A model generated the notes under the pieces. The model did not search any database. It saw nothing but the letters and a program-made list of their open reading frames with translations, and had not been told where the DNA came from. From an uncultured delta proteobacterium (GTDB taxonomy: Bacteria; Desulfobacterota; Desulfobaccia; Desulfobaccales; 0-14-0-80-60-11): 64,000 nucleotides of DNA. The translations under genes were made by a program, and so were the position numbers. Below, piece after piece: positions 47,965-58,449 of the stretch. Where the stretch lies: the NCBI GenBank assembly GCA_963812015.1, contig CAWETI010000002.1:1536001-1600000 (forward strand). The letters are read 5' to 3'. Position 1 is the stretch's first letter. Each line of letters begins with the position of its first letter.

Positions 47965-49080
47965 TCAGGTTAATAAGGCCTGGACAATCTTTTCTTGATC
48001 TGCTTGACCTAAATAGGGATGCATGGGCAGACTAAAAATGCGCTGTGAAGCGCTTTCGCTAACCGGGAAATCCCCTTTCTTATAGCCCAAGTGAGCAAAA
48101 GCTCTCTGCAGGTGTAAGGGTAAGGGATAATAAATGGCCGTGGGGATTTGGGCATTATGCAATTTCTGCAGCAAAAGCTCCCGTTGCTCGCTGAGCACCG
48201 AATACTGGGCCCAGACTGAGGTGCAATCCTGGGCCACAGAGGGCACCTCCACCACGGTGTTCAGAGCCTCGCCGTACTGCTGGGCCACTCTCTGGCGGGC
48301 CGTCACCTCCTGATCAAAGATTTCCAGCTTGGCCAGGAGCACCGCAGCCTGCAAGGTATCCAGTCGGCCGTTCAAACCGATGCGGACATTCTCATATTTA
48401 TGCTGCCCCTGGCCATGGACCCGGATGGAGCATAAGGCTTCAGCCAGGTCGTCGTCATCGGTAAAAACGGCCCCGCCGTCACCATAGCAGCCTAACGGCT
48501 TGGCCGGGAAAAAGGAGGTGGCGGCCACCTCCGCCAGGGCACCGGCCCGCCTCCCCTTATACGTAGCGCCAAAGGATTGGGCCGCATCTTCCAGGACAAA
48601 CAAGCCATGTCCTTGGACAATGGCATGGATGCGGTCGTAATCCGCAGGTTGGCCGAAGAGGTCCACCGGGATGACCCCTTTGGGTTGGAGATGAGCCGTC
48701 CTGGGGTTTTGCCCCAGGCTGCTGACTGCCTCCGCCAGGGCCTCCGGATCAAGGTTGAAGGTTTTGGGATCAATATCTACAAACACCGGGGTGGCTCCCA
48801 ACAGTTGGATCACTTCGGCGGTGGCGATAAAAGTAAAAGGAGTGGTAAAGATGGCGTCGCCTGGACCTACTCCATAAGCCATCAAGGGCATCAGCAGGGC
48901 ATCGGTGCCGGAAGAGCAGGAGATGGCGTGCTTGACGCCCACATACGTCGCCAGTCTGGTCTCCAATTCTCGGATCTCGGGCCCCATGATATATTGGCCA
49001 TGGGCCAGGACGCGTTGGATGTTCTCTTTGAGTAGGGCAGAAATTCTCTGTCGTTGAGCTTTCAGATCAATAAAGTCCAT
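47965..49080 (-). CDS. DegT-family sugar aminotransferase (WbpE-like)
   Basis: MDFIDLKAQ, SGTDAL, EDAAQSFG, SFFPAKPLGCYGDGG. Confidence 0.9.
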   Translation of the reverse strand: MDFIDLKAQRQRISALLKENIQRVLAHGQYIMGPEIRELETRLATYVGVKHAISCSSGTDALLMPLMAYGVGPGDAIFTTPFTFIATAEVIQLLGATPVFVDIDPKTFNLDPEALAEAVSSLGQNPRTAHLQPKGVIPVDLFGQPADYDRIHAIVQGHGLFVLEDAAQSFGATYKGRRAGALAEVAATSFFPAKPLGCYGDGGAVFTDDDDLAEALCSIRVHGQGQHKYENVRIGLNGRLDTLQAAVLLAKLEIFDQEVTARQRVAQQYGEALNTVVEVPSVAQDCTSVWAQYSVLSEQRELLLQKLHNAQIPTAIYYPLPLHLQRAFAHLGYKKGDFPVSESASQRIFSLPMHPYLGQADQEKIVQALLT

Positions 49081-49630
49081 GCGTTTTTCAGAGGTCACGG
49101 TTTCTTCATCCCCAGTGCCGGCGTTATCTCGGCCGGTAAAAAGTGAGTCCCTTTACTACCGGTTGACGGGAAATTTTTTATTTTTTCATATTTTCATAAA
49201 GGGGACAGATAATGAACGTTTTCTTTAAAAGGTGGCCAGCCGGCCTCCCTCTAAAGACCTGCTCATCCGTCCGCTTTCTCACCCGACACCCAGGTTGCTT
49301 GAAAGGCGTGCCCTATCCTCGGATGGCCAGGCAGAATATACCACGATCCCCTAATTTGGAGAAGAAGCTAAATTTCCTCACTCAACATGGTGCAAATTTG
49401 GGGGATAGACCAGAACGCACGCGGCCACCAAATAACCTGGCCAAAAGTGGCAGGAACTACTATTCGTTAAAAGCTCTGGTAAAATCCGTTCTGCCTGCCA
49501 TAATGAAAGCAGCGCCTAATTTCAACATGATAAAAATATGAGATGCTTCGTTCGGCTCAGAATGAAATTTTTCTTTCCAGGTGTTTAAGGATAAATTAAG
49601 CCAATTTCTCGCGCCAGGATGGGTTAAGAG

Positions 49631-50560
49631 ATGATCGAGACCAAGAGTCGTCTAGATGTGGGCCAGCCGGAGGAGATTGCCCCCGGCCCGGGGTGGAAGG
49701 GGATCATTTTGGCCGGCGGCGCCGGAACCCGCCTCTATCCCGTGACCCAGGTGGTCAGCAAGCAACTCCTGCCCGTCTATGACAAACCCATGATTTATTA
49801 TCCCTTGTCCACCCTCATGCTGGCCGGCATCCGGGAGATTCTGATCATCTCCACCCCTGAGGACCTGCCCAGGTTCAAGACCCTGTTGGGTGACGGGGCG
49901 CAATTGGGTTTGCGCTTCAGTTATGCGGAACAACCCCGCCCCGAAGGCTTGGCTCAGGCTTTCATCATCGGTAAGGAATTCATCGGCCAGGATCGGGTCT
50001 GCCTCATTTTGGGGGACAACATTTTTTATGGCCACGGGCTTGAGGAGATCCTGAAACGGGGGGTGCAGTTGACCGAGGGGGGCCTGGTGTTCGGCTATCG
50101 GGTCAAAGATCCAGAAAGGTACGGCGTGGTTGAATTTGACGAAACTGGCCAGGTCCTGGATATCGTGGAAAAGCCGGTAAAGCCGAGATCGTCCATTGCC
50201 GTGGCCGGCCTTTATTTTTACGACAACCGGGTGGTGGAAATCGCCTCGCGGCTTAGGCCTTCCGCCCGGGGAGAATTGGAGATCACCGACGTCAATAAGG
50301 TCTACCTGGAAAAGGGGGAGTTGCGGGTGGAGGTGTTGGGCCGGGGTTTCGCCTGGCTGGATACGGGGACCCACGAATCGCTCCTGGAGGCCTCCACCTT
50401 CATTGAGACCATCGAGAAGCGCCAGGGTCTCAAAATCGCCTGCATCGAAGAAATCGCTCATCACCTAGGCTTTATCGACGCCGGGCAACTACGCCGGCTG
50501 GCCGAACCGTTGCGGAAGAACGGCTACGGCCAGTACCTGCTAAAGATCTTATCGGAATGA
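49631..50560 (+). CDS. rfbA: glucose-1-phosphate thymidylyltransferase
   Basis: [41 protein letters not shown]. Confidence 0.95.
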   Translation: MIETKSRLDVGQPEEIAPGPGWKGIILAGGAGTRLYPVTQVVSKQLLPVYDKPMIYYPLSTLMLAGIREILIISTPEDLPRFKTLLGDGAQLGLRFSYAEQPRPEGLAQAFIIGKEFIGQDRVCLILGDNIFYGHGLEEILKRGVQLTEGGLVFGYRVKDPERYGVVEFDETGQVLDIVEKPVKPRSSIAVAGLYFYDNRVVEIASRLRPSARGELEITDVNKVYLEKGELRVEVLGRGFAWLDTGTHESLLEASTFIETIEKRQGLKIACIEEIAHHLGFIDAGQLRRLAEPLRKNGYGQYLLKILSE

Positions 50561-50764
50561 ACCGGCGGCCGGCATAGCCTAAGATACAGCTATGACAACC
50601 ATATCAAGTAGTTATATTTTGGATTGAAACCGCGCATAGACAGCAGGTATCTTCAATCCCCCAGATTTTTAATTCCATCCTGCCACCGCTGGATCATTGC
50701 TGGGCGGCAGCCTTAGCGGTGCCAGTCTTAATGCCTATTTCGGCGAACTCCCAACTCTGAACCC

Positions 50765-51649
50765 TTACCTTTTGCTTCCTTCCGTTCCGCCCGACGAGCC
50801 ACTCATTTTGCCCAAGTCAATGAAGGGGACGGCTCCTCCAGAGACTTGAGGTAAAATCCCGTTCCATTTCTCGATACCCTTGTACTGCACGAGGATCGGG
50901 GTGATCGACCGTGATAGGGCATCATTGGCTTTGGCCTGTCCCTGAGCCACCACTAGAATGGATTCAGCCTCTCCTTTTGCCGTGGCAACCTTTTGCTGAG
51001 CTTCAATCTCGCGTTGGGCCAAAACCTGTCTCTGCGTTTCGACTTGTTGCTGGGCCACTTGTTTGGCCTCGATGGCCCCTTCATATTCGGGAGAGAATCG
51101 GATATTGGCAAAGTAGATGTCATCGACGATGATGTGATACCTCGCCAGATTATCTCCCAATTTTGTCATCGCCCTCTTCCGGATCTCCTCCCTTTTGGGA
51201 AGAATCTCCCCGATCGGGTAGGTCGGCACAACCTCCTTGACGAAGTCGTTGAAAGCCGGGTCGATCACTTTGTCAGCAAAATCGAGCCCCACTTTCTGGT
51301 AAAGGTCATTGACATAAGCCGGATCGATGTGGAAGTTCATCATTCCCGTCATTTTCACATTCTGGTATTCTTTTGAAGAGGCATCGATCTCCTTGAACGG
51401 ATGGGGTTGAACCTTGACATCCACCTTGATGACTCTTTCGGCAACGGGAACTATGAAATTGAGCCCCTCCCCCATGATTCTCTTCTCTACACTCCCCCAC
51501 CAGAGAACAACACCCCTGTGGCCAGCCGGGACGATGACAAAGGTGCTCCAACCCAGGATAAGGATGATGATAAGCAAAATGAGCATTCCAACATTTCGTG
51601 GCCTCGGCTTTTTGAATTCAGCTATGTTTATGATTCTTTCCACCATCAT
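50765..51649 (-). CDS. SPFH/band 7 (prohibitin-like) membrane protein
   Basis: N-terminal TM, VPAGHRGV, EGLNF, AIEAKQVAQQ coiled region, KWNGILP. Confidence 0.9.
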   Translation of the reverse strand: MMVERIINIAEFKKPRPRNVGMLILLIIILILGWSTFVIVPAGHRGVVLWWGSVEKRIMGEGLNFIVPVAERVIKVDVKVQPHPFKEIDASSKEYQNVKMTGMMNFHIDPAYVNDLYQKVGLDFADKVIDPAFNDFVKEVVPTYPIGEILPKREEIRKRAMTKLGDNLARYHIIVDDIYFANIRFSPEYEGAIEAKQVAQQQVETQRQVLAQREIEAQQKVATAKGEAESILVVAQGQAKANDALSRSITPILVQYKGIEKWNGILPQVSGGAVPFIDLGKMSGSSGGTEGSKR

Positions 51650-51929
51650 TTCACCTCATCTGGGTGTCTTAACTGAGATTATGCGCTACCTATCGACCCA
51701 ATTCCAAAATTATGGGACCTGTTCCCCTAAGTTTAAGCCATAAAATGACCCTCTTCGCGAAGGCAACCCTGCTCCTAGGAAGCATGATAGCACAAAATTT
51801 TGTAAGAGACTAACTTTCCCCCAGATTTCAGGGATACCCCATTATATTTCACCATACATCATCGATTTACCGGCCTAAATATAAATTCAGATTACCTGAC
51901 AATTGGTAGCAGAATGAAATCCCAGGAAT

Positions 51930-52553
51930 TTAAAATGTCTGGTGATGACGCTGAAGCGTAGCGAAAAGTTGGGTAGCCCGGATCTCCTGGCCGCTGGCAG
52001 CGACGCCCACGCCCAGGTGGGTGTAGTCCGGGCAGAGGATGTTCTCCCGGTGGCCGGAGCTCGACATCCAGGAATTCATAATGGTCCGTGCCAGGGCCTC
52101 GCGGTCGGCGGCTGACAGGTTGGAACCCTCCCAGATGTTTTCCCCCCAGCCGTAGATGGGGCCGGAGTAAAAGGGCCTGAGCCGCTCCTGGGCAGTCAGG
52201 CCCTCGGGATTGGTGTGGCTGAAGAAGCGGCGCCGCAGCATGTCATCGCAATAGGTCTGGGAGACCATTGCGAGTGTGCCTTCCTGGCCCACGGGGGGAA
52301 GGCCGTATTGCCGACGGACGTCATTGGTTAAGCGCCAGATCCGGTCTTCCACGTCCCGGAGGTGGACCGTGCCTTGGGACCAGGGCTGCATGGGGGCCGG
52401 GGCCTGGACACCCCAGGCCGATGGCGGCGAATATGGCTGGGCCTGGTACGGTTGCAATGGAAATAGGCCACAGCCCGCGCAGACCACCAGGGCGGCCAGA
52501 GAGGTGGTCACAGCCAGGGCAAATTTTATTGATTTTCTGACCTTTGATTTCAT
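51930..52553 (-). CDS. CAP/SCP-domain lipoprotein
   Basis: lipobox-like CAGC; FFSHTNP, GENI, WMSSSGHRENIL, GVGV. Confidence 0.88.
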   Translation of the reverse strand: MKSKVRKSIKFALAVTTSLAALVVCAGCGLFPLQPYQAQPYSPPSAWGVQAPAPMQPWSQGTVHLRDVEDRIWRLTNDVRRQYGLPPVGQEGTLAMVSQTYCDDMLRRRFFSHTNPEGLTAQERLRPFYSGPIYGWGENIWEGSNLSAADREALARTIMNSWMSSSGHRENILCPDYTHLGVGVAASGQEIRATQLFATLQRHHQTF

Positions 52554-52649
52554 AATCAAGTGGGCCTTATAATTGGCTGATTTCCCCCTACGACATCCTT
52601 TTTCACCCCCCCTCCCCCCTCAAGGCGGAGGGAATGATAAGGCGGCTTA

Positions 52650-52729
52650 TACCAGTTGTGGTCAAAGAAGCAGTTTATCCGTCGTAGGGTGGCCACCGGG
52701 GCTGGGGCGGACACATGGGTCGCCCATAC
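52650..52729. repeat. degenerate MITE/REP-like remnant
   Basis: TACCAGTTGTGGTCA resembles the left end at 20167; followed by gtaggg...gggcggacacatgggtcgcccatac. Confidence 0.35.
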
Positions 52730-53255
52730 TTTCAACTGGCAGACCAGGTTTTATCATCGTTAAGTGTGCCAGCCGTGATACCAACCGCCGCCCTGGCTAT
52801 GGTGGCGGCGCTCAGAGAAATCCTCGCCATAATGGCGGCTGATGCGGTGGTCGCTCCAAAAATTGTCTCCTTGCTCTGACCCTAACTCCGAGGCCTTCTC
52901 TCTTCATGCCATATTAGATAAATCGCGACGCCAGGTGTTAGGCACATTTCCGGCTCGTCGGCTCATTTGCGATATGGCGATTATCTATCTGGCTCTTGAG
53001 AATTTTGGCGATGATGAATCGCCAGGAAAGGCGGCGCTACCTGTACCTACCATCTCTTTCGGTTTAGAAACGGTTAGATAGCAGAAAATTTGCAATCGGA
53101 AGGGAGATGAATAGCGAAGATCTTGCCATTAACGAGACTGATGAAAAATTACCGATGGGGGTGGATATGATCAAGATAGCGAAATAAGCGTTTTGGGTTG
53201 AAGGAATTTCAGAAGAAAAGGGGTGAAGAAAGTCAGGTAAAACCTGGACCCACCG

Positions 53256-54218
53256 TTAAGGAGCAGGTTGCTGGTTGAGGCCGAAGTGGCGGCGGGCGAA
53301 GGCGATGCGGTCTTGGACGGTGGGTAATTCCTGGCAATGCGCTTCCACGAGCTTGACCCGGTGCATGAGGCCGGCGGCGTTGGCGATCTGGATGGCCAAC
53401 CCCGGGCGGGCGTTGAGTTCCAGGAGCAGGGGCCCCAGGTCCTGGTCCAGGACCAGGTCCACCCCCAGATAGCCCAACCCGGTGAGGTCGTGGGCCCGGG
53501 TGGCAACATCCAGCAGCGTCTCCCAATTAGGGATAGTGATGCCCTGGATGCTGTGGCCGGTGTCGGGGTGCTCGGTGACGATCCCCTGGCGGTCCACCCC
53601 CTTGAGGGTAACGCCGCTGGCCAGGTCGATGCCGGCCCCGATGGCCCCCTGGTGGAGGTTGGCCTTGCCCCTGGAGGCCCGGGTGGGCAGCCTCAGCATG
53701 GCCATGACCGGGACGCCCAGGAAAACGATGATGCGGACGTCCGGCACCCCCTGGTAGCAGATGTGTTCGAACACCGGGTCGAACCGGACCCGGTACTCAA
53801 CCAAGGCGGCATCCGTCTGCCCCCCCAGACTGTAGAGGCCGCCCAGGACGTTGAACACATGATGGTCGAGCTCTTCCTGGGTCATGATGAGGCCGCCCAC
53901 CGTGCGATAGTTGGCTCCCGACCGGCCGACGATCACCAGGATGCCCTCGCCCCCGGAGCCGTGGGCGGGCTTGATGACGAAATCCTCGCGGTCTTTGAGC
54001 AGGGCCGGCAGATGGCGCACCTGGTATTCCGACTGCACGACGCTGTAGAGTTCCGGGACCGGGATGCCCGCGACCACGGCAATCTCCTTGGTGCGCACCT
54101 TGTCATCCACCAGGGGATAGTAGCGGCGGGGATTATGGGCCAGGGTGAAGTCGGCGTTACGCCGGTTGATCCCCATGATCCCCAGGTCGGCAAGTCGGCG
54201 GGCCAGCCCGAACATCAC
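53256..54218 (-). CDS. alpha-L-glutamate ligase-like ATP-grasp protein (RimK-related)
   Basis: GINRRN, VDDK, FVIKPAHGSGG, GVPDVR, GKANLHQG, LELNARPGL. Confidence 0.92.
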   Translation of the reverse strand: MMFGLARRLADLGIMGINRRNADFTLAHNPRRYYPLVDDKVRTKEIAVVAGIPVPELYSVVQSEYQVRHLPALLKDREDFVIKPAHGSGGEGILVIVGRSGANYRTVGGLIMTQEELDHHVFNVLGGLYSLGGQTDAALVEYRVRFDPVFEHICYQGVPDVRIIVFLGVPVMAMLRLPTRASRGKANLHQGAIGAGIDLASGVTLKGVDRQGIVTEHPDTGHSIQGITIPNWETLLDVATRAHDLTGLGYLGVDLVLDQDLGPLLLELNARPGLAIQIANAAGLMHRVKLVEAHCQELPTVQDRIAFARRHFGLNQQPAP

Positions 54219-55744
54219 CTGCCCTCTTTCGCCAGGACTTTGAAGCGCAGGAGTTCCAGGAGGCGGTAGCCGGAATAGCGCCCCAGGAGCAGGGTGGCGG
54301 CCAGGAGCACCAACAACAGCTCGGGGAAGACGAAAAATAGGTGCTGGATTTCCCGGTGGTGCATCACCAGATAGGCCAGGGCCGCGGCCAAAAGACTCCC
54401 CAGGCCCTGCTTGAGGGCCTCATAGGGGCCACGCTCTTCCCAGACGATGGACATGCGCTCGATGGTCATGGTCAGGATGACCATTGGGAACAGGGCTACG
54501 GAGAGCCCCCGCTCGATCCCCAGCCGGTTGGTGAAAATGCTCATCAGGGCCATCATGATGACCACCACGATGAGGATCGCGGCCAGGCGCGGCACCAGCA
54601 ACAGCTTGAGGCGGTCCAGGTAAAAGCGGATGGTCAAGCCCAGGGCCACCAGGGAACTGAAGAAGACGATGCCCCAGAGCAGCTGGGTCTCCCGAAAGGC
54701 CAGGGCAATGAGCACCGGCATAAAGGTGCCGAAGGTGCTGATGCCGATGATGTTCCGCAAGATCACCAGCAAGAAGCCGCCCACCGGCACCATGAGCAGG
54801 ATGCGATAGACCTGCTGGGAATGAATGGGCAGACTCAGGAGAGAAAACTTAAGAAGCAACGGCTTTTTGATCTGGCCCCGGACCACGGCGGTGTTGATGG
54901 CGGCTTCCACCTCCCGGGTGACGGACAGGATGACGTGCAGGTCGGTGCCGCCGGTCAGCCTGGCCATAGGCAGGGGCCCGCGCCACCAGGCCAGATAATT
55001 GTCGGGGATGCTCGGGGCGCCGGTGATGGGATCGATGGCCTGCCACCACTTCTGGTTATATATTTCCAGCCAGTGGACCACGGGCAGCCGCTCTTTCTGT
55101 TCCTTAAGGGCGATGCCGTGCACCACCCGGGCCGGCACCCCGGCCAGGGCCAGGACTCGCGCCGCCAGCTCCATCTTGCCCGCCTCTGAAGGCTGTTTCC
55201 CCAGGAGGAGGGCGACATTATCATCCGGTTGGGGCTGCTTGAGGCGCTTGAGCAACTCCGCGGCCATGGTTTCATTGTCGGCGGAACGGCGGCGGATGCG
55301 GTCCACCAGGGCGTGGGCCGCGGCCAGGTCGGCTCCCTCGAACCCGGGATTATCAATGGTGGGTGGCTGGATGGGATTGATGGGTTCCCGGGTATTGACC
55401 CGCACCACCTCGGCCCGGTAATAAAGGGTTTGCAACCCATCGGCCTGGCGGATGGACCAGGTGGCCTGGCGGTTGGCGCTCTCAATGGCGGTGACGAGCC
55501 CATAACCCCGGGAGACAAAGGCTTCGTTGGTGACGGCGTAACGGCGGGTCGTCCGGGGGGTGAACAGGGTGACCTTGGCGGGCTCGCTGCCGGCGGTGAA
55601 GGTGACCTTGGCTTCCACGTTCCAGATATAGGACTCGACCCCCGGAGACAGGGGAAAGTTGAGGGCCAGGACTTTGTAGAGAAACAAGCCCAGACCCACG
55701 GCCGCCAAGATGCCGGCCAGAACGTAGAGGTGCGTTTTATTCAA
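54215..55744 (-). CDS. inactive transglutaminase-like domain fused to 7TM domain
   Basis: GVPARVVHG...WLEIY region without catalytic Cys; GISTFGTFMPVL, FPMVILTMTIER, GRYSGYRL. Confidence 0.88.
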   Translation of the reverse strand: MNKTHLYVLAGILAAVGLGLFLYKVLALNFPLSPGVESYIWNVEAKVTFTAGSEPAKVTLFTPRTTRRYAVTNEAFVSRGYGLVTAIESANRQATWSIRQADGLQTLYYRAEVVRVNTREPINPIQPPTIDNPGFEGADLAAAHALVDRIRRRSADNETMAAELLKRLKQPQPDDNVALLLGKQPSEAGKMELAARVLALAGVPARVVHGIALKEQKERLPVVHWLEIYNQKWWQAIDPITGAPSIPDNYLAWWRGPLPMARLTGGTDLHVILSVTREVEAAINTAVVRGQIKKPLLLKFSLLSLPIHSQQVYRILLMVPVGGFLLVILRNIIGISTFGTFMPVLIALAFRETQLLWGIVFFSSLVALGLTIRFYLDRLKLLLVPRLAAILIVVVIMMALMSIFTNRLGIERGLSVALFPMVILTMTIERMSIVWEERGPYEALKQGLGSLLAAALAYLVMHHREIQHLFFVFPELLLVLLAATLLLGRYSGYRLLELLRFKVLAKEGR

Positions 55745-56246
55745 GGCCGGCAGGATTGGGGCAATTGGGCTCGACGGTATACTTGGCCGAGGGGTCGATG
55801 ATCACAGCGCCTTCCATAAATTTGCGTCCGATGAGCATCCGGTAATTAAACCCGGTGCGGTCCACCAGATTGACCTCCGTTTCCTTATAGAGGTTGCCCA
55901 GGCAAACCCCCAGTTTGATAACGGGACACGTCTGGGCTTGAAGATAATGCCGCTTGATGGTGGCATTGCGCAACAGGGGCCGCTCAATGGTAATCTTTCG
56001 GCCATCCCCTTCGATCACGTCAAAGCGCACCCAAGGTTGGCCGTCGCGGTCAAACTGCGTGAGGTTGGCGGCGTCAAGAGAACTGTACTCCGCCCCGGAG
56101 TCCAGCTTGGCGTGGACGAGGAAGTTGCCGGGATAGATGCGGACCTTCTCGATCCATCCCACCATGGTTTTCTCCCCGGCGGCCGCAGGCAGGGCCAGAA
56201 CCAGGGCGCCGAGCAGGCCGGCGAGGAGAACGGACGGATATTTCAT
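55737..56246 (-). CDS. exported RimK-associated protease (retropepsin-like, usually annotated ATP-dependent Zn protease)
   Basis: signal peptide; GWIE, AKLDSGA, DRTGFNYRMLIGR. Confidence 0.88.
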   Translation of the reverse strand: MKYPSVLLAGLLGALVLALPAAAGEKTMVGWIEKVRIYPGNFLVHAKLDSGAEYSSLDAANLTQFDRDGQPWVRFDVIEGDGRKITIERPLLRNATIKRHYLQAQTCPVIKLGVCLGNLYKETEVNLVDRTGFNYRMLIGRKFMEGAVIIDPSAKYTVEPNCPNPAGLE

Positions 56247-56464
56247 AATTCACCTGCTTGAAAAAGTGATATTAGGTGTAGCGCTCGCATGACTTTTCTG
56301 GGGCAGACAATTTTTAACCGGCTCGAAAAATCCTGGTCGGCGGCACCACTTCCTGGCAGGCCCGGCCAATCCCCCGGGGAGAGGCGCACGCCTTCCTCAA
56401 CCCTTATTGTAATAGAAAACCCGGTTTTCACCAAATTACGGCGGCAGCACGAAAAATATTTTCC

Positions 56465-57292
56465 TCAGTCTTTACCGGGCTGGCATTCGGGACAGAAGAA
56501 GGTGCTGCGCCCGGCCTGGACCAGGCGAACAATGGGGGCGCGGCAACGGCGACAGGGTTCACCGGTCCGGCCATAGACCAGCAGCTCCAGCTGGAAGAGG
56601 CCGGCCTCACCTTTGCTGTTGAGATAGCTGGCTACCGTAGTGCCGCCCTTTTTAATGGCGTGCTTGAGGATCCTCCTGGTCTCGGCCAGCACCCGGTCCC
56701 AGTCCTCCAGGGTCAGGCGGCCCACCGGGGTGGCGGGATGCTGCCCCGCGGCAAAGAGGATTTCACAGGCATAAATGTTGCCGATGCCGGCCACTACCCG
56801 GGCGTCCAAGAGGAAGTTTTTGATGGGCCGAGACCGGCCCCGGGCCTGGGCTAGCAGCCAGGCCGGGGTTACTTTCCGGGAGAACGGCTCGGCCCCTACC
56901 TGGGCCAGGGGCGTGGGATCCACACCGGGAGGAAAGACCAGGACCTGGCCGAAACGCCGGGTATCCTGGAAAAGCAGGTCCAGACCGCCTTCCAGTTGAA
57001 AGACCAGGTGAACGTGGGGGAGGGGAGGGGAGGGGAGAGGCCCGGTGAGGAGGCGGCCGGTCATGCCCAGATGGATGAGCAGGGTGACCCCGCCTTCCAG
57101 GTGGAACACGAGGTATTTGCCCCGGCGCCGGAGGCTCTCGAGGCGTCGCCCCAGGACCCAGCGGCGCAACTCCCGGGGCGAAGACTGCTGCCGGAGACGT
57201 TGCTTACCTACCTGGATGGCCAGAAACCGCCGTCCCTGCAGCAACGGGGCCAGGCCCCGGCGGATGACCTCTACTTCAGGGAGTTCAGGCAT
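56465..57292 (-). CDS. mutM: formamidopyrimidine-DNA glycosylase
   Basis: MPELPEVE, RRGKY, HLGMTG, GIGNIY, C-terminal CRRC...CPECQ zinc finger. Confidence 0.96.
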   Translation of the reverse strand: MPELPEVEVIRRGLAPLLQGRRFLAIQVGKQRLRQQSSPRELRRWVLGRRLESLRRRGKYLVFHLEGGVTLLIHLGMTGRLLTGPLPSPPLPHVHLVFQLEGGLDLLFQDTRRFGQVLVFPPGVDPTPLAQVGAEPFSRKVTPAWLLAQARGRSRPIKNFLLDARVVAGIGNIYACEILFAAGQHPATPVGRLTLEDWDRVLAETRRILKHAIKKGGTTVASYLNSKGEAGLFQLELLVYGRTGEPCRRCRAPIVRLVQAGRSTFFCPECQPGKD

Positions 57293-57342
57293 AGACGAGA
57301 CTCCGGGGGGCGGCGGGGCGGGGCTTCAAGGAAAAACCTGGC

Positions 57343-57558
57343 CTAAAAAAGCATGTCCAGGAAGTGTTCGTGGTATTCTCGCAGCTCTTTGTGGCATTCT
57401 CCGCAAAAGAGGCGCACTTCCCCCTGGATCTCGGAATCATCGCTCACCGAAGAGAAACTACCGTCTTCGTTTTGTACGTAAAACGTGGTTATGGTCACCC
57501 CTTCGGCGACCTCGTAAAAATCCGTATCATTGCCGCAATAAGGGCAGGCAATCCTCAT
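57343..57558 (-). CDS. small zinc-ribbon-like protein
   Basis: CPYC and CGEC pairs in 71 aa; ATGA overlap with the upstream gene. Confidence 0.75.
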   Translation of the reverse strand: MRIACPYCGNDTDFYEVAEGVTITTFYVQNEDGSFSSVSDDSEIQGEVRLFCGECHKELREYHEHFLDMLF

Positions 57559-58169
57559 TTTCCATTCTCTTGCTGGATGAGTTGTTTCGGGTCTTGCTTA
57601 TATAAGGCGTTGTTGGGCGCCAGCTTGCGGGCCAGTTCCATTTCGATGGCGGCCCGTTTAAACTGCTGGTGGGAGATGCGCTTTTTGCCCTTATTGGCGT
57701 AAATCTGCCCCTGGTGGGCGAACAGGCAGGCCAGATAATAATGGGTCCGGGGGTTCTTGGGGTTGAGCTCGTTGGCGGACTGAAGATCATGTTCGGCTTG
57801 CTTGTACTTCTGCTGGTGGTAATGGATGATGCCCAGGTTGCGCCACAGGACCGCCCCGGAGGTCTTGTCCGGGCTTTTTATGGTCTTGAGGATCAGCAGT
57901 TCCAGGCGGGCCATGGTCTCTTGATCATTGAAGGTGTTGCTGCCATCGGCCAGGAGGCGGTCACTCAGGTCGGCCACCTCGGAGGCTGACAGGGTGCGTC
58001 CGGTCAGGCCTTCCTTCAATATAGCCAGGTCGGAGGTTCCGGGAGAGGACGGCTCCGCCGGGAAAACCGCGGCGGCTTTCGGGGGCGGCGCCTTCGGCGC
58101 CGAGCCACAGCCTAACAATCCACCCAGCAGAAATAGCGCCAACCAGGCAGCAACCACACGTGTCATCAT
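57555..58169 (-). CDS. TPR-containing lipoprotein
   Basis: lipobox LLGC; TPR-like WRNLGIIHY...LNPKN and THYYLA...LAPNN. Confidence 0.8.
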   Translation of the reverse strand: MMTRVVAAWLALFLLGGLLGCGSAPKAPPPKAAAVFPAEPSSPGTSDLAILKEGLTGRTLSASEVADLSDRLLADGSNTFNDQETMARLELLILKTIKSPDKTSGAVLWRNLGIIHYHQQKYKQAEHDLQSANELNPKNPRTHYYLACLFAHQGQIYANKGKKRISHQQFKRAAIEMELARKLAPNNALYKQDPKQLIQQENGK

Positions 58170-58449
58170 GAACCCAGGATCTCTCTCTGCCAGATGGAAT
58201 TTACGAACTAGTACCCTATCCACCGCAGGCCGTCAACCCCTTTTTGACCGGGGGTTGCCGGGCAAAGCCGGGAGATAGTAAGGGTCTGTCGGGGAAATGT
58301 TGGAAACCCTTGGGCAAAGTCTGTCGGTTGACGCGACCGGGGCGCAAGCGCTTGAGACAATGGTCAGCCAGATTAAGGGCCGGTTCCCGGTCGCCGGTGG
58401 TTGGCGATAAAAACTAACATTTGATATTGTCTACACGATACGCTATCTT

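Noticed and set aside
49212..49565. 109-aa ORF and a GAGATGCTTCG...CTCAGAATGA repeat-like fragment upstream of rfbA
   Set aside because: The ORF lacks coding character, and the fragment is a single half-site with no partner in the window.
52842..53081. 79-aa ORF in the CAP-ligase intergenic region
   Set aside because: No SD, no motif and atypical composition; cannot be supported as a gene.
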